From: a virus
DNA length: 64,000 nt
Strand: one strand, 5' to 3'
IMG/VR virus record: IMGVR_UViG_3300028045_000008
Location: 50,372-114,371 of that record
Shown here: piece after piece, positions 10,542 to 20,821 of the stretch
Layout: each line of letters starts with the position of its first letter
Position numbering within the stretch: position 1 is the first letter of the stretch
The notes under the pieces: model-generated
The model's input: the letters and a program-made list of their open reading frames with translations, nothing else
Told to the model about the DNA's origin: nothing
The model's database searches: none
Program-made: the position numbers and the translations under genes

Positions 10542-10651
10542 AGTATTACAATGATGGCAGTATTGCTGTCATTATCTTAAACAAAATTAGCAGAATAAGA
10601 GATTTGTTATTCTGACTTTAGCCAATCGGCAAACTACTAGGAGAAAAATAA

Positions 10652-11443
10652 ATGGGATTAGATTTAACAAAAATTCAAGCACGGCTTGATAACGTAAAGA
10701 GCAACGGCAAAGCCGGAGGTTCCTTCTGGCGCCCACAGGATGGTCAGCAGGTTATCCGTATCGTTCCGACTTCGGACGGTGACCCTTTCAAGGATTATTG
10801 GTTTCACTATAACCTCGGCCCAGAGCAACGCGGTGGATTGATATGTCCGAAGAAAAATCATGGAGATGATTGCCCTATCTGTGACTTCAAGGATCAGCTT
10901 TGGAAGGAATATAATAGCACGCAAGACACAGACACTCTTAAGTTGGCCAAGGATATGACACCTCGACAACGCTTCTTCTCTCCAGTAATGGTCCGAGGGG
11001 AAGAGTCTGGTGGAATTCGAATCTGGGGATATGGCAAAGAAGCTTACACCTCGTTGTTGAATCTGGTTCTAAATCCCGAATACGGAGATATCACTGACGT
11101 CGACGCAGGGACAGATCTGACTTTGACGTATGGCAAGCCTCCTGGCGCTAACTTCCCAAAGACAACTTTGACACCTCGGCGCCGCACTTCTCCGCTTTGT
11201 GATGAAGCTGTTGGCGGCGATGAAGAGTGCTCACGCCTGCTGGAGAATATTCCAAACTTCGACAATCTCTTTCCGACCAAGTCCTTAGAGGAGGTTCAAG
11301 AGGCCCTCGATTCCTTCATGGCTTCGCTTGGAGACTCCGCCGACCCTGTCGCCGGAATTGATCTAACAGACTCGGAAGCTTATAAACCAGCCTCTAGTTC
11401 AACTGAAGTTTTGTCAGCTTTCAACGAGCTAACAGGAAATTAA
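10652..11443 (+). CDS. Single-stranded DNA-binding protein, T4 gp32-like
   Basis: FWRP..G.QVIRIVP, H..CPK..CPIC zinc site, WGYGK, DITD...GTD, acidic tail. Confidence 0.8.
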   Translation: MGLDLTKIQARLDNVKSNGKAGGSFWRPQDGQQVIRIVPTSDGDPFKDYWFHYNLGPEQRGGLICPKKNHGDDCPICDFKDQLWKEYNSTQDTDTLKLAKDMTPRQRFFSPVMVRGEESGGIRIWGYGKEAYTSLLNLVLNPEYGDITDVDAGTDLTLTYGKPPGANFPKTTLTPRRRTSPLCDEAVGGDEECSRLLENIPNFDNLFPTKSLEEVQEALDSFMASLGDSADPVAGIDLTDSEAYKPASSSTEVLSAFNELTGN

Positions 11444-11505
11444 AAACATGCCGCAGGGAGGCACGGGTTTACAGGTGCCTCAAACTTAAAAAATAAAGGA
11501 TTATT

Positions 11506-11949
11506 ATGTCGACAGTAAAAAATGGTGATCACGTTTTGGTTAATTACCGCGGGACACTTGAAGATGGAGCAGAATTTGATAACTCATATACTCGCGGAGA
11601 GCCCTTGGCAGTCAAAGTGGGAGATGAAAGGTTGATCGCCGGCTTTAGCAACGCTATTGTAGGTATGTCAATCGGAGAGAAGAAAGAGGCGCTGCTAGCC
11701 CCAGAAGATGCCTATGGCCCACCCAACCCCGCCGCAGTGACACACATCGATCGTTCTGCGTTCCCGGAAGATTTGGAACTACAAGTTGGTATGCCAATCC
11801 CACTATCGAATGCAGAAGGCTCAACGGCAGTCGGACATGTAACTCAAATTAATGAGCAAGCTATTACGGTCGACTTGAACCACCCCCTTGCAGGAAAGAG
11901 CCTATTGTTTGAAATTGAACTGGTCGAGATCACAGAAGAAGGAACATAG
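11506..11949 (+). CDS. FKBP-type peptidyl-prolyl isomerase (SlyD/FkpB-like)
   Basis: VNYRGTLEDGAEFDNS, PEDAYG, VDLNHPLAGKSLLFEIELV. Confidence 0.9.
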   Translation: MSTVKNGDHVLVNYRGTLEDGAEFDNSYTRGEPLAVKVGDERLIAGFSNAIVGMSIGEKKEALLAPEDAYGPPNPAAVTHIDRSAFPEDLELQVGMPIPLSNAEGSTAVGHVTQINEQAITVDLNHPLAGKSLLFEIELVEITEEGT

Positions 11950-13068
11950 ATGGCTAAAAAAACAACATCACCTGGTAAGCTATCTCTGGGAGATATGCAG
12001 AAGATTATCAATAAAAAGGCGGGAATGAACGTTGCCCATAACCTGAAGGAAAAGAATCCGACAGAAGTTACGCAATGGATTCCGACGGGATCTCGTTGGC
12101 TTGATTCTATTATTTGTCGAGGAAAGCTTTCCGGAATTCCGGTGGGCAAGGTTACGGAAATCGCCGGCCTTGAAGCGACTGGGAAGTCATATATGGCCGC
12201 TCAGATCGCAGCAAACGCCCAAAAGATGGGAGTGGATGTTGTTTATTTTGATTCGGAATCGGCCATTGACCCAACCTTCCTTGAGAACACCGGATGCGAT
12301 CTCGACAAGTTACTTTATGTTCAAGCAACCTCTGTCGAGTTCGTTCTGGAAACCATGGAGGAGCTTCTTGGTTCAGACAACCAGATCCTCTTTATCTGGG
12401 ATTCTCTGGCATTGACTCCCGCAATTTCCGACGTCGAGGGGGATTTCAACCCTCAGTCATCTATGGCGATGAAAGCTCGTATTTTAGCGAAAGGTATGTC
12501 GAAGTTGACACTAGCAATCGCAAACACTAAATCGACTTTCCTAGTCCTAAATCAGCTAAAGACAAATATTACCCGCTCTCCCAGCGAGGCTATGACTACC
12601 CCGTATGTTACTCCCGGCGGAAAAGCCATGATTTATGCGTATTCTTTACGCATCTGGCTCACCGGTCGCAAGGCAAAAGCTAGTTTCGTCTTGGATGATA
12701 ATGGATTCCGCATTGGGTCAGAAGTCAAAGTAAAGCTTGAGAAGTCAAGGTTCGGAACACAGGGTCGACGCTGCAACTTTCGAATTTTATGGGGAGGAGA
12801 TCAGGTCAGCATCCAAGATGATGAGTCCCTTTTTGAGGCCGTCAAGGGCTCTGACAACATCAAGCAATCCGGCGCCTGGTTTACAATGGTTTTCGACGAC
12901 GGATCGACTGAAAAGTTCCAAGCCTCAAAGTGGGCCGACAAGATGCAGGACGATAAATTTCGACAAAGAGTATATCAGATCATCGATGAAGAGATCATTT
13001 ATAAATTTGATAATCGGCAAGGAAAAGCAGAAGATTTTTACGAAAATGAAGAGACTATAGAGATTTAA
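11950..13068 (+). CDS. recA: RecA/UvsX recombinase
   Basis: IPTGS, EIAGLEATGKS (Walker A), YFDSE, WDSLA, TPGGKA, GAWF. Confidence 0.9.
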   Translation: MAKKTTSPGKLSLGDMQKIINKKAGMNVAHNLKEKNPTEVTQWIPTGSRWLDSIICRGKLSGIPVGKVTEIAGLEATGKSYMAAQIAANAQKMGVDVVYFDSESAIDPTFLENTGCDLDKLLYVQATSVEFVLETMEELLGSDNQILFIWDSLALTPAISDVEGDFNPQSSMAMKARILAKGMSKLTLAIANTKSTFLVLNQLKTNITRSPSEAMTTPYVTPGGKAMIYAYSLRIWLTGRKAKASFVLDDNGFRIGSEVKVKLEKSRFGTQGRRCNFRILWGGDQVSIQDDESLFEAVKGSDNIKQSGAWFTMVFDDGSTEKFQASKWADKMQDDKFRQRVYQIIDEEIIYKFDNRQGKAEDFYENEETIEI

Positions 13069-13093
13069 CATAACCTAAAAGTAGGAGAGAGAG

Positions 13094-13399
13094 ATGAAAC
13101 AATTATTTAAAATCGCCTTACTGGCAATGGCAATCGTTTTGCCACTCGATGAAGCAGCCGCCTGTGATAGGTGCGAATCGACTAAGGTGTGGGTAGACGC
13201 CTACCGAGATAGTCATGGTCACTATCATGAAGCTCACTGGAAGATCGTCGAACTATGCCGACCACCAGCACCGCCCGTTCGCCCCCGTGTAATCGTCCGA
13301 GTACCAGTGGTAACATTCCACACTAGCCGCTCTCATCATCGCCATGTCCAGACACGGTCGCACCACGCACCAACTCGCCATCATCACCACCGACGCTAG
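13094..13399 (+). CDS. Small secreted His-rich protein
   Basis: Signal peptide MKQLFKIALLAMAIVL..AAA; WVDAYRD..GHY..AHW; His-rich tail; RBS AGGAG. Confidence 0.65.
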   Translation: MKQLFKIALLAMAIVLPLDEAAACDRCESTKVWVDAYRDSHGHYHEAHWKIVELCRPPAPPVRPRVIVRVPVVTFHTSRSHHRHVQTRSHHAPTRHHHHRR

Positions 13400-13452
13400 C
13401 TAAACTTGCTCACCAATTTGTCCTTTGACTTGCCAGTTGACTATATTATAGT

Positions 13453-14112
13453 ATGGCAAGTCACAAGAACAAGTTAAAGCATCACAAGCTACTATTCGAA
13501 TTGAAGTTTCTTTATGCAGATTTGGAATACCATACTGCTGCCTTACAAGATGCGGGGAATAACTTCCAGAAGGAAGTGATGAGTAGGATGACAAATCCTT
13601 CACCAACCCCACCAGCTTCAAGTGCCCCAGCACAGCAAGAGTTCTCTCCTGAACAGGACGACGCACATGGGGCAGATGCCGAAAAGAGTGACATATTCCA
13701 AATAGATAAGAAGAACATCAATAAGGATGTTAAAGACTTATATAAGAGAATTGTTACAGTGACCCATCCGGATAAATTGACTTCTCTTTCGGAAGAGGAG
13801 AGAAAGCACAAAAGGGCGATCTTTCTAAAGGCCACATCTGCCGCCGAGGAAAATAGACTATTCGCCCTTCAGCAAATAGCCCTCGATCTTGGTATCGACA
13901 TCGGATTATTGAGCGATGAACAGGTTAAGATCCTTGAGCTAGAATCTGAAAAGATAAAGAAAGAAATAAAGCAAATGACGAATTCTTACGCCTGGGTATG
14001 GTACAACGAAGATTCGGAAGAAAGCAAAGAAGAGTTAATGTCAAGTTACTTTGATATATTAAAGACCTTGGCAGAGAAAGATAAAGAGAAAAATCCGGAG
14101 AGTGAAGAGTGA
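13453..14112 (+). CDS. J-domain-like protein
   Basis: LYKRIVTVTHPDK (HPD motif) followed by helical segment. Confidence 0.6.
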   Translation: MASHKNKLKHHKLLFELKFLYADLEYHTAALQDAGNNFQKEVMSRMTNPSPTPPASSAPAQQEFSPEQDDAHGADAEKSDIFQIDKKNINKDVKDLYKRIVTVTHPDKLTSLSEEERKHKRAIFLKATSAAEENRLFALQQIALDLGIDIGLLSDEQVKILELESEKIKKEIKQMTNSYAWVWYNEDSEESKEELMSSYFDILKTLAEKDKEKNPESEE

Positions 14113-15065
14113 AAAGACTGTTGGTTATAGATGCCCTTAACGCATATTTTAGAGCTTATATCGTAGACCCGAGCTTGTCTACCAATGGGCAACCCATCGG
14201 AGGATACAAGGGGTTCGTTAAGATCCTCCAGAAGTTATGTCGAGAAATGAAGCCTGATGAAATTATCATAGCTTGGGATGGCGCAGGTGGATCGCAGAGA
14301 AGGAAGGCGGTCAACAAGAACTATAAAGAAGGGCGTAAGCCAATTCGTTTGAATCGAGACATAAAGAATCTGACTGAAGACGAGGAGATGAAAAATAAGG
14401 TATGGCAGCAACATAGGCTAATGGAATTACTAAACGATATGCCGGTCATCCAACTGATGAACGATGGCGTCGAGGCAGATGATATTATCTCTTATGTGGT
14501 CCAGCTTCCACACTACAAAGGGTGGCAAAAGGTAATCGTTTCGAGCGATAAAGATTTTTTTCAACTCTGCGATAATGAGACGGTTATTTATCGCCCGATT
14601 CAGAAAAAGTTTGTAAACAAGCCGAGGATTCTGGAGGAGTTTTCGATCCACCCTGGCAACTTTGCCTTGGCACGCGCAATCGCAGGAGATAAATCAGACA
14701 ACCTTCCAGGCGCCAAGGGCGTCGGGTTAGCTACGATTTCAAAAAGGTTTCCGTTCTTTGCTGAAGAGTCCGACATCGCCTTCGATAAACTGTTTGATTT
14801 CTGTGAAAACGATAACACCAATCTGAGAGTCTTTTCTTCCATACTTGAGAGCAGAGAGACGATTGTAGAGAATTATAAGATTATGCAACTGTATTCTCCA
14901 TCTATCTCAATCGACGGTAAGAGGAGAATTAAACAAACTGTTGAAAATTACGAACCCCAGTTTAATAAGACTGGTGTGATAAAGAGGATGTCAAATGACG
15001 GATTTGGAGAGTGGAACACTACGGCTCTGTTCGCCACCTTCAAAAGAATCACAAGTAATGTTTGA
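14109..15065 (+). CDS. 5'-3' exonuclease / RNase H (PolI N-terminal-like)
   Basis: LVIDALN, AWDG, YKEGRK, VEADDII, SSDKDFFQL, GDKSDNLPG..GVG. Confidence 0.9.
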   Translation: MKRLLVIDALNAYFRAYIVDPSLSTNGQPIGGYKGFVKILQKLCREMKPDEIIIAWDGAGGSQRRKAVNKNYKEGRKPIRLNRDIKNLTEDEEMKNKVWQQHRLMELLNDMPVIQLMNDGVEADDIISYVVQLPHYKGWQKVIVSSDKDFFQLCDNETVIYRPIQKKFVNKPRILEEFSIHPGNFALARAIAGDKSDNLPGAKGVGLATISKRFPFFAEESDIAFDKLFDFCENDNTNLRVFSSILESRETIVENYKIMQLYSPSISIDGKRRIKQTVENYEPQFNKTGVIKRMSNDGFGEWNTTALFATFKRITSNV

Positions 15066-15090
15066 CAAATACAATATTTAATGTTATATT
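15062..15090 (+). promoter_or_regulatory. sigma70-type promoter
   Basis: TTGACA-17-TG-N-TATATT overlapping upstream stop codon. Confidence 0.7.
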
Positions 15091-15110
15091 AACATTAGAT
15101 AGGGGGGCGA

Positions 15111-16466
15111 ATGTCCAAAGAAGATTTTAGTCAATATGGCAAAGACTTTCAAGAAATGCTGTGCCATTTGATACTGATCGATAGACCGTTTGCTGACCAG
15201 ATGTTCGAAGTCCTCGACGTTAATTTCCTAGAACTAAAATACCTTCAGGAATTTGTAAATTTAATTTCGAAATACCGCGAAAAGTTTGAAGTCCATCCCA
15301 CTGAAAAGATAATGACTTCAGTCTTGAGAACGGAAATAGAAAATCTAAATGAATCGGTTCAACAGCAAATTAGAAATTTCTTTGCTAGAATATCTAAATC
15401 CGATATAGAAGAATCGACATATATCAAGGAGACTAGTTTAGACTTCTGTCGAAAGCAAAAGCTCAAAGGAGCAATGTTAAGGTCTGTGAAGTTGCTTCAG
15501 AAGTCCTCGTTCGACGAAATTGCCGAAGTCATTAATGAGGCTTTGCGCCTGGGTTCTGATTCTGATTTTGGCCATGATTATTTAAAAGACTTCGAACAAA
15601 GATTCATCTTGAAGGCTAGAAATCCAGTTCCCACTGGCTGGTCTGAGATAGATAGTATAACTCACCAAGGCTTGGGCGCCGGAGAGTTGGGTGTCGTCAT
15701 CGCCCCTACTGGTGCAGGAAAGTCCATGGCTCTCGTCCACATCGGCGCCCAAGCCATAGCGGCCGGAAAGAATGTGGTCTATTATACTCTAGAGCTTTCG
15801 GACACCGTGGTTGGGTCACGGTTCGATTCTTGCCTGACCAAAGTCCCACTTGGCTCCCTCCACTCTTTTAAGGAAGAGATATACGAGAAAATTCAAGATC
15901 TCGAAGGAAACTTGATTGTCAAGGAATATCCAACAAAATCTTCGAGTGTCAATACACTAAAGCATCATTTGGAAAAAATGAAGAACCGGGACTTTACTCC
16001 GGATGTGATAATCGTCGATTATGCGGACCTTTTGAGGCCATCTTCAAATTTAAGAGAGAAAAGGCACGAATTGGAGACTATTTATGAGCAGTTGAGAGCC
16101 TTGGCGCAAGTACACAAATGCTGTGTATGGACTGCTTCCCAGACAAATCGTTCTGGGCTAAATGCCGAAGTTATCACTATGGAATCAATATCAGAGGCCT
16201 TTAACAAATGTTTTGTCGCAGACTTTATTTTTTCAATATCCAGGACCGCCGAGGACAAATTGAATAACGAGGGTCGTATCTTTATAGCCAAAAACAGAAA
16301 TGGAGTTGATGGAGTGGTGTTCCCAATCTATATGAACACATCTAACATCACCATTAAAGTCCATCCAAGTACCGGGGAGACTATCGGGGAAGTCAAGCTG
16401 GAGGCCAAGAAGCGCCAAGAAATAAAAATGAAAGAAAAGTATGCAAGATGGAAGGAGAAAAAATAG
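15111..16466 (+). CDS. Replicative DNA helicase, DnaB/gp41-like
   Basis: PTGW, APTGAGKS, YTLEL, VDYADLL, WTASQTNR, AKNRNG. Confidence 0.9.
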   Translation: MSKEDFSQYGKDFQEMLCHLILIDRPFADQMFEVLDVNFLELKYLQEFVNLISKYREKFEVHPTEKIMTSVLRTEIENLNESVQQQIRNFFARISKSDIEESTYIKETSLDFCRKQKLKGAMLRSVKLLQKSSFDEIAEVINEALRLGSDSDFGHDYLKDFEQRFILKARNPVPTGWSEIDSITHQGLGAGELGVVIAPTGAGKSMALVHIGAQAIAAGKNVVYYTLELSDTVVGSRFDSCLTKVPLGSLHSFKEEIYEKIQDLEGNLIVKEYPTKSSSVNTLKHHLEKMKNRDFTPDVIIVDYADLLRPSSNLREKRHELETIYEQLRALAQVHKCCVWTASQTNRSGLNAEVITMESISEAFNKCFVADFIFSISRTAEDKLNNEGRIFIAKNRNGVDGVVFPIYMNTSNITIKVHPSTGETIGEVKLEAKKRQEIKMKEKYARWKEKK

Positions 16467-18704
16467 ATGTCAATAAATACACTTCAAGAATATACAAGAA
16501 TAGCAAAGTACGCCAAATACCTGCCAGATGAGAACCGTAGAGAAACCTGGAAGGAGCAAATTGGCCGCGTTTTTGATATGCACCGGGAGGTTTTCTGTGA
16601 TTTCCCCGAAGTCCTTCCTTATATTGACGAGGCCGAATCGGCCGTACTTCGAAAGGAGATTCTGGGTTCGCAGAGAATCCTTCAATTTGGTGGCACTCCG
16701 ATCATCAAGCACAACGCTAGGGTATATAATTGTGCATTCGGGCATATAAGCAGAGTGAAGGCGTTTTCAGAGTTAATGTACCTTCTGCTGTGTGGTTGCG
16801 GCGTGGGATTCTCAGTGCAGCGCCACCACGTCGCTCAACTGCCACCGATCGCCAGGCCAAGCCGCCGCCGCAAAAAAACATTTGTAATTCCTGATTCAAT
16901 TGAGGGCTGGGCAGATGCTATTGGAGTCCTGATGAGCAGTTATTTCGGCTCGGATAAGAGGTTTGATGAATATATCGGCACAACTGTAGAATTCGACTAT
17001 AGTCAGATCCGGCCAGAAGGATCTGAACTAAGCTCCGGCGCAAAAGCCCCAGGCCCCGCGGGCCTAAAGCGCTCTATAAATAAAATACGAGAGGTCTTCG
17101 AGGATAGGTTGGGCCCTGCTGATCGAGAAACCGCTCGCCCAATCGACGTATATGATATTATAATGCACTCTGCAGACGCAGTGATCTCTGGTGGTGTACG
17201 CCGATCGGCAACAATAGCTCTATTCTCCGCAGATGACGAGGAAATGGCAAAAGCGAAAACTGGCAACTGGTTCATGGAAAACCCGCAGCGCGGCCGCTCT
17301 AATAACAGTGCCCTTTTGCTGCGCAACGAAACATCGAAAGAGGATTTTGCTAATCTGATTAATTGGGTGAAAGAATTTGGAGAGCCTGGATTTGTGTGGG
17401 CAGACAATAAGGAGATGGGCTTCAATCCGTGTGTGGAGATAGGACTCTACCCAATTGACGAAACTACGGGTGAAGCCGGCTGGCAATTTTGCAACTTGGC
17501 CGAGATAAACGGCAAAAAAGCTTCTACTCCCGAAAAATTTTATAATGCTTGCCGATCTGCGGCGATTATCGGTACTTTGCAGGCAGCATATACTCATTTT
17601 CCATACTTGAGCGAAGCTACCGGTAGAATCACCCGCAGAGAGGCCCTCCTCGGAGTCTCTATAACCGGAATGATGGACAATCCAGAAGTTCTTTTTGATT
17701 CACAAGTTCAGAGAAAGGGCGCAAAGATTGTAAAAGAAACTAACAAGATTATCGCTGATATAATAGGGATCAATCAAGCTGCTAGAACCACATGTGTGAA
17801 GCCTGCTGGATCAACTTCTTGCATTCTGGGTACCGCCTCCGGCATTCACCCCCATCACGCCAAGAGATATTTCCGAAGAGTCCAGGCAAATGTGCAAGAA
17901 AATCCCGTGAGGCACTTCAAGAAATTCAACCCTAGAGCAGTAGAGCAGTCAGTGTGGGATCCGAATAAGGTTACAGAAGTTATTACATTTTTGTGCGAGG
18001 TACCACCAGGGGCAAAAACAAAAAATCAAATAGGCGCAAGCGATCTGTTGGAAAACGTAAAACTCACTCAGCAAAACTGGGTTAGATATGGCGCAAATAA
18101 GGATTTGTGTGTAAAACCATGGCTATCACACAACGTCTCCAATACGATCCACGTCAGGGACGAAGAATGGGAGGATATTACTGACTATATTTTTAAAAAT
18201 AGGAAATATTTTGCTGGAATCTCCTTGATTCCAAATTCAGGCGACAAGGATTACCCTCAAGCTCCTTTCTGTGCCGTTCCTTATCCAAACGATATCCTGA
18301 GAACCTACGGCGCCGGCTCCTTTTTTGCCTCCGGTATTATCGAGGGAGCCATCTATTCGTTCGACGGCGACCTGTGGGCAGCATGCGACTGTTTGCTGGG
18401 GGTCGGAGTTCCACTTCACGAGGTAGACCTCGTCAAACGAGATTGGGCCCAGTCTGCCATTAAATTTTCAGACAGTCATTTTTCTGGAGATGTAAGAAAG
18501 ATGACATATTGTCTAAAAGACATCTATAATCTTAAACTTTGGGAAAAGTTATCCCAGGAATACTGCGATGTAGACTGGACCCTTATGATAGAGAAAGATG
18601 ATAACGTAGATTTTCAGCAAGATTCTGCTTGTGCAGGCGGAGCTTGCGAAATGCCAGAAGAATATTTAGAGGCGATAAGAAGCCATACAAACACAGGAGA
18701 ATAA
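16467..18704 (+). CDS. nrdJ: Class II (B12-dependent) ribonucleotide reductase, RTPR-type
   Basis: YNC, GCGVGFSV, GGVRRSA, FNPCVEI, FCNL, CVKPAGS, C-terminal CAGGAC; no small-subunit gene adjacent. Confidence 0.85.
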   Translation: MSINTLQEYTRIAKYAKYLPDENRRETWKEQIGRVFDMHREVFCDFPEVLPYIDEAESAVLRKEILGSQRILQFGGTPIIKHNARVYNCAFGHISRVKAFSELMYLLLCGCGVGFSVQRHHVAQLPPIARPSRRRKKTFVIPDSIEGWADAIGVLMSSYFGSDKRFDEYIGTTVEFDYSQIRPEGSELSSGAKAPGPAGLKRSINKIREVFEDRLGPADRETARPIDVYDIIMHSADAVISGGVRRSATIALFSADDEEMAKAKTGNWFMENPQRGRSNNSALLLRNETSKEDFANLINWVKEFGEPGFVWADNKEMGFNPCVEIGLYPIDETTGEAGWQFCNLAEINGKKASTPEKFYNACRSAAIIGTLQAAYTHFPYLSEATGRITRREALLGVSITGMMDNPEVLFDSQVQRKGAKIVKETNKIIADIIGINQAARTTCVKPAGSTSCILGTASGIHPHHAKRYFRRVQANVQENPVRHFKKFNPRAVEQSVWDPNKVTEVITFLCEVPPGAKTKNQIGASDLLENVKLTQQNWVRYGANKDLCVKPWLSHNVSNTIHVRDEEWEDITDYIFKNRKYFAGISLIPNSGDKDYPQAPFCAVPYPNDILRTYGAGSFFASGIIEGAIYSFDGDLWAACDCLLGVGVPLHEVDLVKRDWAQSAIKFSDSHFSGDVRKMTYCLKDIYNLKLWEKLSQEYCDVDWTLMIEKDDNVDFQQDSACAGGACEMPEEYLEAIRSHTNTGE

Positions 18705-18707
18705 TAA

Positions 18708-18977
18708 ATGTTTAAGCCATGTAACCGTTATTTGATGATCGAGAGAACCCCCCAGCAGGAAAGCGAAAACCTAATAGCCCTCCCAGAGGGAGTTTTTAAG
18801 CCTGAGTCAGTTCACGAAAAAGTGAGAATTAAAGCCATTTCCTCTGACGTCCGACCGCCTTTGGCTGCTGATCAAGAAGCAGTAGTTTTGAGCAAAATGA
18901 TAGAAGAGGTGGAATTTGACAATAAAACTATCTATTTAGTATTAGAGAATTATGTATTAGGCATAATAGGAGGATAA
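18708..18977 (+). CDS. GroES-like co-chaperonin
   Basis: KPCNRYLMIER...IALPE...VLENYVLGII, 89 aa. Confidence 0.65.
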   Translation: MFKPCNRYLMIERTPQQESENLIALPEGVFKPESVHEKVRIKAISSDVRPPLAADQEAVVLSKMIEEVEFDNKTIYLVLENYVLGIIGG

Positions 18978-18982
18978 TACAG

Positions 18983-19144
18983 ATGACTACGAGTAATAAA
19001 GCTTTCCTTATTTTGATAAAAGATCTTATCAAAGAGGAAATGGAAAAGAAGCAGACTTTGCTTGAGGCTCCCTACTCAGGAAAGATGGACGAAATCTTGG
19101 TTGAGAAGCTGAATATTATTTTTAATAACAAGAAAAGCAAGTAA
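18983..19144 (+). CDS. Small hypothetical protein with LIKEE motif (not in ORF track)
   Basis: RBS AGGAGG; MTTSNKAFLILIKDLIKEEMEKK..., 53 aa. Confidence 0.6.
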   Translation: MTTSNKAFLILIKDLIKEEMEKKQTLLEAPYSGKMDEILVEKLNIIFNNKKSK

Positions 19145-19162
19145 TCAAGGAGCGGGACCTCT

Positions 19163-20062
19163 GTGGTCACCTCATCAACATCCTCGAAAATAGACAAACA
19201 TGTCCACTATCATGAAAAGGTGGTAATCGGTTCAGGATTGAATTCTTTGCTGTATGCTTTTCTGGGTGGGCATTCCTGTATTTATGTTGGTGGAACCCCT
19301 CCATTTCGATTTGATTACGATGCGGAGTTCGGTAGAATGGGGCTCCTTGGCGTAAAGTCTGGAAATTTGCGTCAAATCTGGGAAAGGTTAATCTTGGCCC
19401 TATCTCTCGGCGGCCAACTCCCCATGGCAAATAAAACCTATTCGATAAATATACAAGATAACGTGATAAAAGCTTTCACCAACAATTCCAGACTAGGTAG
19501 GTTTCATTTTGATAAGCTTGTTATATTTGATGACAAGCTGCTCCGCGGCCTTCCCCCGATTACACGACGAGTGTCTGGAAAATCAAAGGTGATAGATTGG
19601 TACGACGTTCGTTCGGGCATGGAGCACGAGCATGACTTTTTCGAGACAGCAGAAGATTTTGTAAAAGAAATATACTTCTATCCATCCGATAGGTTTGGAA
19701 ATCAGAAATCCGATAGAGTCAGAAAAGACCTGGTAGCAGTATCTTATTTAGAAGAGGATCAAATAAAGAATTTCGAATTCTCAGACACAATGGCTAAATT
19801 TAAGATTCTGAAAATCATGAAAGAACTCGGAATAAAGGGCGCCCGAAACGGAAGGGACACATATAACCCAAATATATATCGATATTACTCTCCGAAAATC
19901 GAATCCGTCGAGAGACAAGTCATACCAAACGTAAGAAACTACTACCAGCAAGATGATAGATTTGAGTTTCGCTACGATACACCGAAAGAAATTTTAGAGA
20001 ACTTTGAAAACAATCCAAACACATATTCTTTTAAAATAAGTGAGTTTTTTGTTGACAAATAG
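19163..20062 (+). CDS. Hypothetical protein with Rossmann-like N-terminus
   Basis: KVVIGSGLNSLLYA dinucleotide-binding-like motif. Confidence 0.6.
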   Translation: MVTSSTSSKIDKHVHYHEKVVIGSGLNSLLYAFLGGHSCIYVGGTPPFRFDYDAEFGRMGLLGVKSGNLRQIWERLILALSLGGQLPMANKTYSINIQDNVIKAFTNNSRLGRFHFDKLVIFDDKLLRGLPPITRRVSGKSKVIDWYDVRSGMEHEHDFFETAEDFVKEIYFYPSDRFGNQKSDRVRKDLVAVSYLEEDQIKNFEFSDTMAKFKILKIMKELGIKGARNGRDTYNPNIYRYYSPKIESVERQVIPNVRNYYQQDDRFEFRYDTPKEILENFENNPNTYSFKISEFFVDK

Positions 20063-20080
20063 ACGAGGCTGTGATATACT
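20052..20080 (+). promoter_or_regulatory. sigma70-type promoter
   Basis: TTGACA-17-TG-N-TATACT. Confidence 0.7.
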
Positions 20081-20102
20081 TTATTTGTAAGAGGAGGTAA
20101 AG

Positions 20103-20597
20103 TTGAGAAAATTTGCTAGATTTGTGGTTGACTTATTGGCCCTTCGGCCTATTCGAAAAATAGATATTCTACTTTCGATATTTCTCGCCATAATAGTGGG
20201 AACAGGCGCAACAAAGCTAGTAAATTTTATGATACGAAGAATGCCGGAGCATATTCCGGAGGGCTTAGAGAGGGCGAATGACATACTTAGAACTGCTGAT
20301 GGTCCTTTGCTATTATCGTTCTTATTCGGGGTCTGTGTTTTTGCCCCGATTCTGGAAGAAGTAATTTTTAGAGGAATTTTGTGGTGGCCCATTGAGAAAC
20401 TAGTTTCGAGCAATGTGGCACTCGTTGTTACTTCGGTGTTGTTTTCTTTAGCACACGTAGACCTTATTCATGTACTGGCTGTTTTCCCCCTGGGGGTCCT
20501 TTTTGGAATCTTAAGGAAGCGCTCAAAGAGTATTTGGCCAGCAATCATCGCTCACGCCGCAAATAATACGATGGCTTCTTTAAGTTTGATCTTTTGA
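20103..20597 (+). CDS. CPBP (CAAX/Abi) intramembrane metalloprotease
   Basis: EEVIFRG, FSLAH, H..NN motifs; TM segments. Confidence 0.85.
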   Translation: MRKFARFVVDLLALRPIRKIDILLSIFLAIIVGTGATKLVNFMIRRMPEHIPEGLERANDILRTADGPLLLSFLFGVCVFAPILEEVIFRGILWWPIEKLVSSNVALVVTSVLFSLAHVDLIHVLAVFPLGVLFGILRKRSKSIWPAIIAHAANNTMASLSLIF

Positions 20598-20620
20598 GGC
20601 ACGGGTCACTACTTAGTGAC

Positions 20621-20821
20621 ATGGGACACTTGGAAGACATAGGTGAGACATACTTTGAACACTTGCGCCACGCATTTGAAATTGGTTCCGTTCTGCTTCT
20701 ATCTTCTTTCGCCCAGCTTTTTCACTCTTTTGTTCCTGACTTTCATCCTCCTTATGGATCGGATGTTGACTCACTAATCAAGTTTCTGGAGTCGAAAAAG
20801 GCAGGAAACCGCCATGATTAA
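20621..20821 (+). CDS. Small membrane protein (DUF6356-like)
   Basis: HLEDIGETYFEHLRHAF then hydrophobic helix and H..VP. Confidence 0.55.
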   Translation: MGHLEDIGETYFEHLRHAFEIGSVLLLSSFAQLFHSFVPDFHPPYGSDVDSLIKFLESKKAGNRHD

